Translations under genes and position numbers: made by a program
NCBI RefSeq assembly: GCF_003231495.1
Contig: NZ_PQWO01000018.1
Location: 60,001 to 92,000, forward strand
Length of the DNA stretch: 32,000 bases
Direction of reading: 5' to 3'
Source of the DNA: Acaryochloris thomasi RCC1774
GTDB lineage: Bacteria > Cyanobacteriota > Cyanobacteriia > Thermosynechococcales > Thermosynechococcaceae
Notes under the pieces: generated by a model
The model's input: the letters and a program-made list of their open reading frames with translations, nothing else
Database searches by the model: none
What the model was told of the DNA's origin: nothing
Part shown: piece after piece, positions 9,103 to 18,147 of the stretch
How positions within the stretch are numbered: position 1 is the first letter of the stretch
Layout of the letters: each line of letters starts with the position of its first letter

Positions 9103-10581
9103 ATGAAAATTCAAGCAACCGATACCCGTCCCCTTGATTGGGCTGGTGATTGCCTCGGCTTAGGCTTTTTTGAAGATGCCGTTGATCTCCAGGCGCTCAA
9201 TGCTGATTCCGACCGCTTGAGTCTGCTGCAGGACTTAGTAGATACATCAGAATTCAAAGGTAAATCTGGAGAGACAGCCTGGACTCGGATTGCTGGCTCT
9301 AGTCCCGTGCGGCTTGTCGTGCTGGTGGGCCTAGGCAAATCAGAAGACTTCAAGCTTGATAGCCTACGGTTAGCTGCTGCAACGATTGCTCGGACAGTAC
9401 AAAAGCAAAAATGTAAAACTGTCGGGATGCATTTGCCCGTCTGGAACCAGAATGCAGCTCAATCGGCTCAGGCAATGGCTGAAGGTATTGGTCTTGCGCT
9501 TCATCAAGACAACCGGTTTAAATCTGAACCTGAAGAAAATGGACAGACAAACGGCCTGCCTGAGCAGGTTGAACTGCTGGCTATTGGATCTCAGCCCGAA
9601 GCGATCAAGACCGCACACCAAGTTTGTCAGGGCGTGATCTTAGCGCGTGAGCTTGTGGCTGCACCCGCCAATGTCGTGACTCCCACGATGCTTGCAGAGA
9701 CTGCGGGTACCCTTGCTTCAGAATATGGCCTTACTCTCGAAGTCCTTGAGCAAGCAGACTGTGAGCAGCAGGGGATGGGCGCGTTCTTAGGCGTTTCTAA
9801 AGCCTCTGAAATGCCTCCGAAATTTATTCACCTCACCTACACGCCGTCTGGCGGAGCTAAGCGGAAGCTTGCCATTATTGGCAAGGGCGTCACCTTTGAT
9901 TCTGGGGGCCTCAATCTCAAAGGCAGCGGCAGCGGCATTGAAACGATGAAAATGGATATGGCTGGTTCTGCCGCAACGCTGGGCGCTGCCAAAGTCATTG
10001 GACAGCTTAAGCCTGACACCGAAGTTCATTTTATTGTGGCTGCTGCGGAAAATATGATCAGTGGGCGAGCACTGCACCCCGGCGATATTCTCACGGCGTC
10101 GAACGGTAAAACGATTGAAATTAATAACACCGATGCTGAAGGGCGCTTGACGCTGGCGGATGCCCTTGTCTTTGCTGAGAAGCTAGAGGTTGATGCGATT
10201 GTAGATTTAGCAACTCTTACCGGAGCCTGCATTGTGGCTTTAGGAAACGATATTGCGGGTCTGTGGACCCCAGAGGATCAGTTAGCCCAGGAGTTAACCC
10301 AAGCCTCTGACTTAGCGGGCGAGAAATTCTGGCGAATGCCCCTCGAAGACAAGTATTTTGAGGGTCTCAAATCACCGATTGCTGATATGAAAAATACGGG
10401 TCCGCGTCCCGGTGGCTCGATTACGGCAGCACTTTTTCTGCAGCAGTTCGTCACAGATACGGCCTGGGCACACTTAGATGTTGCAGGCCCGGTCTGGACT
10501 GAAAAGGAAGGCGGCTATAACAATGTGGGAGCGACAGGTTTCGCAGTGCGCACACTGGTTAACTGGGTATTGGGATCCTAG
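9103..10581 (+). CDS. pepA: leucyl aminopeptidase, M17 family
   Basis: The M17 signature [14 protein letters not shown] is present, along with metal/active-site regions [14 protein letters not shown] and [13 protein letters not shown] 9103 (MKIQATD...) is preferred over the TTG 9013 extension. Confidence 0.93.
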   Translation: MKIQATDTRPLDWAGDCLGLGFFEDAVDLQALNADSDRLSLLQDLVDTSEFKGKSGETAWTRIAGSSPVRLVVLVGLGKSEDFKLDSLRLAAATIARTVQKQKCKTVGMHLPVWNQNAAQSAQAMAEGIGLALHQDNRFKSEPEENGQTNGLPEQVELLAIGSQPEAIKTAHQVCQGVILARELVAAPANVVTPTMLAETAGTLASEYGLTLEVLEQADCEQQGMGAFLGVSKASEMPPKFIHLTYTPSGGAKRKLAIIGKGVTFDSGGLNLKGSGSGIETMKMDMAGSAATLGAAKVIGQLKPDTEVHFIVAAAENMISGRALHPGDILTASNGKTIEINNTDAEGRLTLADALVFAEKLEVDAIVDLATLTGACIVALGNDIAGLWTPEDQLAQELTQASDLAGEKFWRMPLEDKYFEGLKSPIADMKNTGPRPGGSITAALFLQQFVTDTAWAHLDVAGPVWTEKEGGYNNVGATGFAVRTLVNWVLGS

Positions 10582-10643
10582 AACCCTATTCGCCTTTGTT
10601 GGCTTTGGGGCAAAATAGAGTTAGCCGTTGTCTCAATATGGAT

Positions 10644-10671
10644 CCAAGATCTGAAGATCTTTGCATTTTTT
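10644..10671 (+). terminator. possible weak rho-independent terminator after pepA
   Basis: CCAAGATC-TGAA-GATCTTTG forms 7 pairs with one C/T mismatch. It contains two tandem AGATCT sites and is followed by CATTTTTTC, 63 nt after the pepA stop. The stem is AT-rich, so confidence is low. Confidence 0.3.
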
Positions 10672-10787
10672 CTGCTGCCTTTGATTGTTTCGCGGTCCAC
10701 ACTATAAAAAGATGGTTTCCGCATTAGTGGGTGCAGGCGTTTTTAGCATCTATATCGCGTTCCATAATCAATGCGCTTGGAAACAGC

Positions 10788-11708
10788 ATGAGCCTTCCTC
10801 CTGACATCGAAACTTTGCCCGCAGCACCCCAGAGCCTTTTAGGCGTCTTCTTGAGATTTTTGCGTAGGCCTGTCTATTCTGAGCGGCTTTACCCAAGCCC
10901 CAATCGACGCGCAATTTTGAGCGATATTCTTCGGCTCTATAGTCTAATGATTGCGGTTCTTATACCGATCCTGTTGATGGTTTCTGCGGCGAGAGGTCAG
11001 GTCGGGGCCAGCGAAGACCCGATCAGTGATTTTTTGCAGAAAACGCCTCTATTAGTGCTGGTGCTCGCCGTTGTTGTCGGCGCTCCTCTTTTAGAAGAAA
11101 TGATGTTTCGATTGCCGTTGAGGTTTTCGGCGTTCAATATCTCGCTGCCGCTGACGTTCCTTCTGCTTGCTATCAATGTTGGGAATCCGGGGCTAAGATT
11201 TTTATTTGCTGTAGCTGTGGGATTGCTGGTCCGCTATTTACTCCATCATCGCGTTCAGAGAGCGGCGGGCCATGCTTTCTATGCAAAGTACATCGGCTGG
11301 ATAATCTATGGTTCAGCACTGCTGTTTGGTGCTATCCATATTTTTAATTTTGATGCTAAAACCTATGTTGTGGCACCGCTGATCGTTATGCCGCAAATAA
11401 CAGCAGGCATCTTCTTTGCCTTTATTCGCCTCAGACACGGATTTTGGTGGGCGGTTTTTGCTCACGGATTCCACAATTTTTGCGCAATCTTCCCGCTTAG
11501 CCTGATGAAGTTTGGCTCGGCAGGACTGCAGGCCAATGGCTTTTCTGATCTAGAACAGGTGACTCTGACCCCAGTGGACTATGTGCTTCTGGCTTCTTTA
11601 CTCATTTTTATTGGCGGCGGGCTGTTCCTCTGTCTGCGATCTGTGGCGCAAATGCTTACAGAGTGGCGTCTGGAACGGCGAGCAGCCAAACTCTCTCTTA
11701 AAACCTAG
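10788..11708 (+). CDS. CPBP-family (CAAX/Abi) intramembrane glutamic endopeptidase
   Basis: All three CPBP motifs are present: EEMMFR (EExxxR), FGAIH (FxxxH) and HGFHN (HxxxN), set in a multi-TM protein. The start is uncertain: ATG 10788 or GTG 10731. Confidence 0.75.
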   Translation: MSLPPDIETLPAAPQSLLGVFLRFLRRPVYSERLYPSPNRRAILSDILRLYSLMIAVLIPILLMVSAARGQVGASEDPISDFLQKTPLLVLVLAVVVGAPLLEEMMFRLPLRFSAFNISLPLTFLLLAINVGNPGLRFLFAVAVGLLVRYLLHHRVQRAAGHAFYAKYIGWIIYGSALLFGAIHIFNFDAKTYVVAPLIVMPQITAGIFFAFIRLRHGFWWAVFAHGFHNFCAIFPLSLMKFGSAGLQANGFSDLEQVTLTPVDYVLLASLLIFIGGGLFLCLRSVAQMLTEWRLERRAAKLSLKT

Positions 11709-11976
11709 AGATATAGCGGTACGCGTATTGATTCGGACATCAAAATGCTTGAACATCATGTCTGCTAAAGAAGGGCTGTCCCAACTCAGCCGCGTATTGC
11801 TATACAGCAGTTTTCAATTCCTGTGTACAACAGCAATAATGAGCGAACCAATTTCTTAAATGCCTTCACTGTTGAAGACGCTCTTCTGTGATGTGGATTA
11901 GCCTTTTCAACATATTTGAGGGCAATTTACTTCATGATCAGGGCTGCAACTAATCAAAGCCTGTTGTTCAATGCCA

Positions 11977-12546
11977 TTAACTCGTCCACTTCGATAGAGT
12001 AGGAGCCTTGAACTGAGTAAGCTTGTCGATAAGTTTATCGGCTTCTGTTTCTGTTAGAACGATATGTCTGTGCTCAGGGCGGATAAACTGTTCATCTGTT
12101 GCATGATCGAGAAACGAAAGCAGCCCATCGTAGAAGCCATCAATGTTCAGTAGTCCGCAAGCTTTGTCTTGGAAGCCAAGCTGCGCCCATGTCGCAATTT
12201 CACAGAATTCTTCTAAAGTCCCTAATCCGCCAGGAAGGGCAATGAATGCGTCTGCAAGCTCAGCCATCAGGGACTTACGCTCGTGCATAGAGTCAACTAT
12301 TCGTAGATCACTGAGTCCTTCGTGTGCAACTTCTTTCTGTGCTAGTGCTTTTGGGATGACACCGATTACAGTTCCACCCGCGCCGAGAACGGAATCAGCG
12401 ATTGCTCCCATCAAGCCAACGTTACCGCCCCCGTAGATAAGCTTGATTTGACGCTTTGACATCTCTTCTCCGAGTCGTTTCGCAGCGCTTAGATAGCTAT
12501 CGCGTGCTCCGAAATTAGAGCCGCAGTAGACGCAGATACTTTTCAT
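11977..12546 (-). CDS. LOG-family (TIGR00730) nucleotide 5'-monophosphate phosphoribohydrolase
   Basis: GGGNVGLMG (the GGGxxGxMG motif) and LPGGLGTLEE (the PGGxGTxxE motif) are both present. A length of 189 aa is typical. Confidence 0.88.
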   Translation of the reverse strand: MKSICVYCGSNFGARDSYLSAAKRLGEEMSKRQIKLIYGGGNVGLMGAIADSVLGAGGTVIGVIPKALAQKEVAHEGLSDLRIVDSMHERKSLMAELADAFIALPGGLGTLEEFCEIATWAQLGFQDKACGLLNIDGFYDGLLSFLDHATDEQFIRPEHRHIVLTETEADKLIDKLTQFKAPTLSKWTS

Positions 12547-12673
12547 GTAAATTGTGCTTGTGTATGACTAAAATCAGTCTATCAGTCGCTTTTGGTGGCA
12601 AATGACACAATTCTCGATTCTCTTTTGGGATATAGCAAAGCTGTCGTACATTGCTGCCCCACAGGGCTATCAG

Positions 12674-13567
12674 CTACTGCAGCCACAGTAGTAGAGCAAC
12701 GCCGGTAACGGCAGTGGCGGCTCCCAGCCATGCTCTGATGCTGACACGTTCGCCCAGCCAAATGGCAATGGGCAAGACGAATAGAGGACTGGTGGCCGTT
12801 AAGGTTTGGGCAATGCCCGCTTCGGCATACTTGAGGCTAATCTGCTGCAGCCAAATGCCTAAGTAGGTGCCGCCGAAAGCTGCGAGACAGAGCTGGCGGA
12901 GTAGATGTTGCGATCGCAACTCCAGCACCCAACTCCTCAGCTTCCCTTGCCCTAGCCCCCACAACACCAATACAAAAACGCCACTGCAAAGGCGCAAGAA
13001 GGCTCCCCAGGTCGGACTCAGAGGCGTATCGACTAACGCAGCCCGAGACAAAACCGCACCACTAGCCTGAGCCATTGATGCTAGTAGCGCGTAGACAATT
13101 CCCCAGCGTCGATCGCGCCCCTGCTCTTGAAGCTGTGAAGACCGTTCACTAATCACCCAAGTCACTCCGGCAATAGTGAGGCTCATGCCCAGCCAAGCCC
13201 AGCTAGAGAGTTCTTCGTTCAGGAATAACAATGCTAGAACGGCTGCTAAGGGAGGCGCTAAAGCTTCAAATAACAGCGTTCGTCTGGCACCCAAGGCCCG
13301 CAGTGCGGCTAGATAAACAGAGTCCCCAAAGCCAATGCCAATAGCACCGCTGAGAAGGAGCAGCAAAAGGCTATGACTCGGAAGATCGGGAGCCAGCCCT
13401 CCCTGGAAAATGAGGGTTAGCGTTAGAAGTGCGATCGCAACTATCCCTTTTCCCAAATTTATCGCTAGGGGTGAAGCCTGAATACGGGCGTAAACAACAG
13501 AAGCTAACGCCCATAGAAATGCCGCACTCAACGCCGCTAGCTCCCCAGTCAGATGGGTCTGCATCAA
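12674..13567 (-). CDS. DMT-superfamily transporter (two EamA repeats)
   Basis: About 10 predicted TM helices fill a 297-aa protein rich in Leu/Ala/Gly, with an internally duplicated EamA-like organisation. Confidence 0.75.
   Translation of the reverse strand: MMQTHLTGELAALSAAFLWALASVVYARIQASPLAINLGKGIVAIALLTLTLIFQGGLAPDLPSHSLLLLLLSGAIGIGFGDSVYLAALRALGARRTLLFEALAPPLAAVLALLFLNEELSSWAWLGMSLTIAGVTWVISERSSQLQEQGRDRRWGIVYALLASMAQASGAVLSRAALVDTPLSPTWGAFLRLCSGVFVLVLWGLGQGKLRSWVLELRSQHLLRQLCLAAFGGTYLGIWLQQISLKYAEAGIAQTLTATSPLFVLPIAIWLGERVSIRAWLGAATAVTGVALLLWLQ
12907..12920. repeat. extended HIP1 palindrome GTTGCGATCGCAAC (14-bp perfect palindrome)
   Basis: Read directly from the sequence, inside the EamA transporter gene. 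Confidence 0.95.
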
Positions 13568-13691
13568 ATGGCTCTGTTTGCACTCCAGAAGTTCTGAAAC
13601 CTGGGTTCTGCCTTCACTTTGAACTTCACAAATTGGTGGTCCTGAAAAATATTATGGAAGGAAGAAGCGGCAGGCCTTTCAAGCGGCCATC

Positions 13692-15938
13692 TTAAGGCGA
13701 GGTTAGGGCAACAGAATTCAGCTGAGTATAGGGCAGGGTCAGAACAAAGGTAGCGCCCTCGTTATCAGGGCTGACTGCCGTAAGCTCACCACCATGATTC
13801 TCAACAATTTTACGGCAGATCGCGAGTCCCATGCCGGTTCCTTCATAGTCTGACTGAAGATGAAGACGCTCGAAGGGCGTAAAAATGCGGTCAAGGTATT
13901 GAAGATCAAACCCGATACCGTTGTCTCTAATCTGAATTTCTGCGGCTTGATCGACCTCTACGTAAGACACGGTGATTCGGGGAGGGATGTCAGGACGATG
14001 GAACTTGAGGGCATTACCAATCAAGTTTTGAAAGAGTTGCCGCATTTGCACAGGAGCGGCCTCCAATGAAGGCAAGTGACTCACCTCAACATGCCCAGCC
14101 GTCTTTTCAATCTTCGTCTCTAAATCTGCTAGAACTTCTGTCAGAATTGTGTTGAGATTCACTGAGATAAATGGCTGAACTTTTGTATTCAGTCGAGAGT
14201 AGGCCAGCAAGTCTCGAATCAAAATTTGCATCCGGTTTGCAGCACTCTGCATTCGATTTATAAAGCGTTGTCCTTGCTCATCGAGTTGAGAACTGTACTT
14301 TTTCTGTAGAAGATCGCCAAAAGCTTGAATCTTTCGCAGCGGTTCTTGCAGGTCGTGGGAGGCGACATAGGCAAAATCCTTGAGAGCCTGATTCGAGCGC
14401 TCCAGTTGATGGGCTGTTTTGCGAAGCTGTTGCTCTCGTTCAAGCCGTTCAGCAGCTTCAGCGTGAAGCTGAGTATTGGCCTGTGTCAGCTCTGCTGTGC
14501 GATCTTGAACCCGCTGTTCTAACTCATTTTTTGCAGCCTGTAGTGCTTGTTCTGCCCCCTTCCGCACCGTGATATCAAGAACGAAGGCAATACTCTCTGT
14601 GCGATCGATTCCCAAAAGCACATAGCCAACCAGAACGGGAATTCGACTGCCATCTTTGCGGATATATTCTTTTTCGTAGGGGGTGCAGCTTCCGTTACGT
14701 TGGGCTTCGGCAATGCCAGCATGGTCTTTTGCTAATAACTCAGGGGGGGTTATCTTATCCCAGCGAATTGTCCCGGCCTCCAACTCTTGGCGACTGTAGC
14801 CAATGATCCGCAAGAACTCATCATTGGTTTCTTGAACCTTGCCACTGATATTGCCAAACAGAATCCCGATCAGATCTGACTGCAAAAACTGCCCGATTTG
14901 TTCTTGGGCCTTTCTCAAGACTTGTCTGGTCTCTTGCTGTTGCTTAAGGGTTAATTGCTGATTCGCGATTAACTCGGCATGCTGGATGGCGCTGGCAACC
15001 TGCACTGATAAGTCACTCAATAATTCCTGTTCGACTGCTGACCATCGGTGAGGAGCCTGACAATGGTGCGCGATCAGAAGTCCCCAAAGTTTGGATCCAT
15101 CCATTGATGTCTCTGCGAACAGAATCGGCACGACCAAGTTCGCTTTCACCTGAAACCGCTGCAGCAGATTGAGATGACAAGCAGACAGGTGACTCGACTC
15201 GACATCAGAAATCGCTAGTGTATGGCCCTGTTGATACTTCTCAGCCTGATGACTTTGCTCGCCTTGAAAGCAGTTATCCTCGAGGTGCTGTCCTATGGCT
15301 GCTGTCCACTCTGCCAGGACGGATTCTGCCACGACTGTACCGCTCATATCAGGCTCAAATTGATAAATCAGGATGCGATCGCAACCTAATAACTGACGTG
15401 CTCCATCAGCCGCTGTCTGCAGGATTTGAGGCAGCTCCACCATCCGATTCACGCTCAGCGCGATACGAGTGAGCAGCTCACCTTGCTGACGCTGACGCTG
15501 AAACTGTACCCGTAGATTTCGGGCGGTGACAAGATTCGCAACTGACTTAACTAACTTTTCAGCTGTGAGCTGCCCCTTGATGAAGTAATCTTTTGCGCCG
15601 CTCTTCATTGCCTCTACAGCAGTGGCTTCATCCCCCTGCCCCGTCAAAAGAATAATCAGCGGTAGTAACTCTAGCTGCCGCTTAAGGGCACTCATCAATT
15701 CAAGTCCATCTGTATCAGGCAATAGATAGTCAAGCAAAATAACGTCAGGACAAGTCTGCTGACAAAAGGTGAGAGCCTCTTCTCCTGACCCGCAGTCAAA
15801 GATTTTATAGTCAATTGCTTCTGCAGACTCTAGATATCGACGACTAACAGCTCGGTCAATCTCTGAATCATCCACCAGAAGGATTGTGATGCTTGGAAGT
15901 GAGACAGCCATATTTTCTCTCTGTGAGCTTACTTGCAT
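13692..15938 (-). CDS. hybrid sensor histidine kinase: REC - GAF (cyanobacteriochrome-like, DXCF) - PAS - HisKA - HATPase_c
   Basis: The REC domain reads ILLVDD...VILLDYLLPDTDG...DYFIKG. The GAF domain has DRILIYQFEPDMSGTVVAESV...EDNCF...SACHLNLLQRFQVKANLVVPIL...LWGLLIAHHC. The H-box is YVASHDLQEPLRKI, and the ATPase boxes are NLIGNALKF, RDNGIGF and GTGMGLAICR. Start is ATG 15938; ATG 15911 and TTG 15941 are alternatives. Confidence 0.9.
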   Translation of the reverse strand: MQVSSQRENMAVSLPSITILLVDDSEIDRAVSRRYLESAEAIDYKIFDCGSGEEALTFCQQTCPDVILLDYLLPDTDGLELMSALKRQLELLPLIILLTGQGDEATAVEAMKSGAKDYFIKGQLTAEKLVKSVANLVTARNLRVQFQRQRQQGELLTRIALSVNRMVELPQILQTAADGARQLLGCDRILIYQFEPDMSGTVVAESVLAEWTAAIGQHLEDNCFQGEQSHQAEKYQQGHTLAISDVESSHLSACHLNLLQRFQVKANLVVPILFAETSMDGSKLWGLLIAHHCQAPHRWSAVEQELLSDLSVQVASAIQHAELIANQQLTLKQQQETRQVLRKAQEQIGQFLQSDLIGILFGNISGKVQETNDEFLRIIGYSRQELEAGTIRWDKITPPELLAKDHAGIAEAQRNGSCTPYEKEYIRKDGSRIPVLVGYVLLGIDRTESIAFVLDITVRKGAEQALQAAKNELEQRVQDRTAELTQANTQLHAEAAERLEREQQLRKTAHQLERSNQALKDFAYVASHDLQEPLRKIQAFGDLLQKKYSSQLDEQGQRFINRMQSAANRMQILIRDLLAYSRLNTKVQPFISVNLNTILTEVLADLETKIEKTAGHVEVSHLPSLEAAPVQMRQLFQNLIGNALKFHRPDIPPRITVSYVEVDQAAEIQIRDNGIGFDLQYLDRIFTPFERLHLQSDYEGTGMGLAICRKIVENHGGELTAVSPDNEGATFVLTLPYTQLNSVALTSP

Positions 15939-16306
15939 CAATAAGGCAGTGGCAATAAAAGCTCGAAATCATACCCATTGCATCTACCGTTGGTGACTCA
16001 CCTCGCCATCAGTCTTGGTTACTCGATTACCTTGAAAGATCAAACAACTTTGCTTGCTACCAACCTTAGTACAGGACAAGAGAAAGCGTTAGTCATGGTG
16101 TGTTGTTAAGAACCAGCGGCGAAAAGCCGGCTTTATCTCTCGGTGATGGGTAGATGTATACAGCGTTTTATGTTGGACCTACGAACTCAAAACACCTATT
16201 TGATTTGCTTGAATTACTCCCCGCGTGTCTCGTGTGCTGAAGGCTAATGTTAAATCATTGATCTACGAAGCTAAACCATAGCCTAAATGCGCTGCATCGA
16301 ATATAT

Positions 16307-17830
16307 CTAACCTTTCAAATGTAAATCCACGGCCACACGATGGGCGCAGGCAAACCCAGAAAAAGCCACTGCGTTTAGCCCCTGCCCCGGGAACGTACTG
16401 TCTCCCACGCAGTAAAGCCCTGGAATCGCCGTGCGATTAAACGGCATCCCTAACAAGCCTCGCAATGGACGGCGTGGAATTGGACCATAGGTGCCATCCT
16501 GACGCCCTAAAAATCGACGGTGCGTTTTCGGTGTACCCACCTCCTGTAGATGAATATGCTCCTTTAGGTTGGGGATAATCTGTTCTAGTCGATTAATGAT
16601 TTGGGTCGCAGCCTGCCGTTTTCGCTCCCGATAGTCCGAAGCTGACAAATTCTGCCACTCCTCGATCCAGCTAGGCGTAAAGGCATGCACAATATGATGA
16701 CCTGGAGGAGCCAAGCTCGGATCAAGCACCGTTGGAATGGAGACGAAAGTGGTTCCGCCGGATTCCGTCATCTGTTCCCAGTCCGACAGCAACACATGAT
16801 GACAGTGGATATTCTGGGGCAGTGCCCCAGCCGCGATCCCCAGATGCACGCTCACGAAGCTAGGAGATTTCATATAGCGCTGTCGCCACCTTTCTTCTGT
16901 GGGTGGTACCGTCTCAACTAGTTCACCAAAAGTGTTCCAGCGGGTTGCGTTAGACACAATCCGACGGGCATGAAAGGTCTCTCCTGTCGCTAGCTGGACG
17001 CCCACTGCCTGACCTTTCTCTCGCAAAACTTTGGTCACTCGTGCCTTATATCGAATGGTGCTGCCCGCCGCCTCTAGACCCGCCACAAGCTTCTGAGCAA
17101 TCTGCCCCACTCCGCCCCTCGGATAGTTAACGCCGCCGTAGTGGCGATCGCAAAAGACCATCCCCGCATTCATCATCGGCGTCAAATCTGCTGGAACCAC
17201 CGACCAGCAGAAGCATTCCAGATCGATAAACTTCAGCAAAACCGGATCGCTGAGATAGCGCCGCGCCGTGCGCCCCACATTCTGAGGCAAGAACTTTGCC
17301 AACCGCAGACAGATACCCGGATGCCGCAAAAAGGTCTGCATCAGATAGCGGGGCTCCTCCAGGGACAACAGCTCCATCCCGTTGAGACCGTTGAACACCT
17401 GCCAGAACGCATCATAAAAGCGGCGCAACCCCTGACGCTCATGGGGGAAGCGCTCTATCAGCTCTTGCAAGTATTTCTCATAGTCTCGATGCACCTTAAT
17501 CTGTAAATTATCGGGTAGGTGGTAGTGAATTTGTACGGGGTCAGGAATCGTCTCTAGACGCTGATTGACGCTATCTAAAGCGCGGGTCAATAGATTGGTG
17601 GTCCCCTGCTTGCCAAAGCCGAAAATCATGGAAGCACCGACATCGAAGCAGTAGCCCTCTCTGCGAAAAGAGCCAGCACTGCCGCCCGGAATTAGATATC
17701 GCTCCAATACCAAAACGTGAGCCCCCTTTGCCGCTAATTGAGTGGCTGTAACCAGTCCCCCAATGCCAGAACCAATCACGATCACATCCCACACTGGTTC
17801 AGGGACGGCATGTTCAACAGAGTTCATCAT
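16307..17830 (-). CDS. crtH: carotenoid (prolycopene) cis-trans isomerase, CrtISO/CrtH family FAD oxidoreductase
   Basis: The N-terminal dinucleotide fold WDVIVIGSGIGGLVTATQLAAKGAHVLVLERYLIPGGSAG, then ...FDVGASMIFGFG...TTNLLTRAL...IPDPVQIHYHLP, closely follows cyanobacterial CrtH as I remember it. The C-terminal GLYCVGDSTFPGQG also fits. Confidence 0.85.
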   Translation of the reverse strand: MMNSVEHAVPEPVWDVIVIGSGIGGLVTATQLAAKGAHVLVLERYLIPGGSAGSFRREGYCFDVGASMIFGFGKQGTTNLLTRALDSVNQRLETIPDPVQIHYHLPDNLQIKVHRDYEKYLQELIERFPHERQGLRRFYDAFWQVFNGLNGMELLSLEEPRYLMQTFLRHPGICLRLAKFLPQNVGRTARRYLSDPVLLKFIDLECFCWSVVPADLTPMMNAGMVFCDRHYGGVNYPRGGVGQIAQKLVAGLEAAGSTIRYKARVTKVLREKGQAVGVQLATGETFHARRIVSNATRWNTFGELVETVPPTEERWRQRYMKSPSFVSVHLGIAAGALPQNIHCHHVLLSDWEQMTESGGTTFVSIPTVLDPSLAPPGHHIVHAFTPSWIEEWQNLSASDYRERKRQAATQIINRLEQIIPNLKEHIHLQEVGTPKTHRRFLGRQDGTYGPIPRRPLRGLLGMPFNRTAIPGLYCVGDSTFPGQGLNAVAFSGFACAHRVAVDLHLKG

Positions 17831-18001
17831 TTAGTTGCCCAAAAACGGCCATCGCAGTACCCGGTTAAGGTAGGGCATCCTTGCTATACCGTCAATGAGC
17901 CGTAGCCATTTTTGTACCTTAATCAATACGTGCACGGCTTTACTCACTGGTCTATCGAGAGGTGCCCTTCTGACAAAAATCACAAGTGACTACCCCTGCC
18001 G

Positions 18002-18037
18002 ATAAAAAAGGTCAAAACGCAGAGAGCGCCTTGACCT
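18002..18037 (-). terminator. rho-independent terminator closing the four-gene kinase/GGDEF operon
   Basis: The minus strand reads AGGTCAAGGCGC-TCTCT-GCGTTTTGACCT. This is a 12-bp stem (10 Watson-Crick pairs plus 2 G-U) with a 5-nt loop, followed directly by TTTTTAT. It lies 110 nt downstream of the GGDEF stop. Confidence 0.7.
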
Positions 18038-18147
18038 AGCATGCTGATTCTTCAAGAGAGGAGAACATGACTTCACTGTATAGTTATTGAAAAAGATTGT
18101 CAATAAAAATCAAAAATAGCTTTGCTCGGTCTGTCATCCCTTGGGGG

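Noticed and set aside
11581-11859. 92-aa plus-strand ORF extending past the CPBP protease gene
   Set aside because: It overlaps the CPBP 3' end out of frame. The non-overlapping part is short and featureless.
17141-17506. 121-aa plus-strand ORF
   Set aside because: It is antisense within crtH. The composition is Gln/His/Arg/Pro-rich with no motifs, so I treat it as a shadow ORF.
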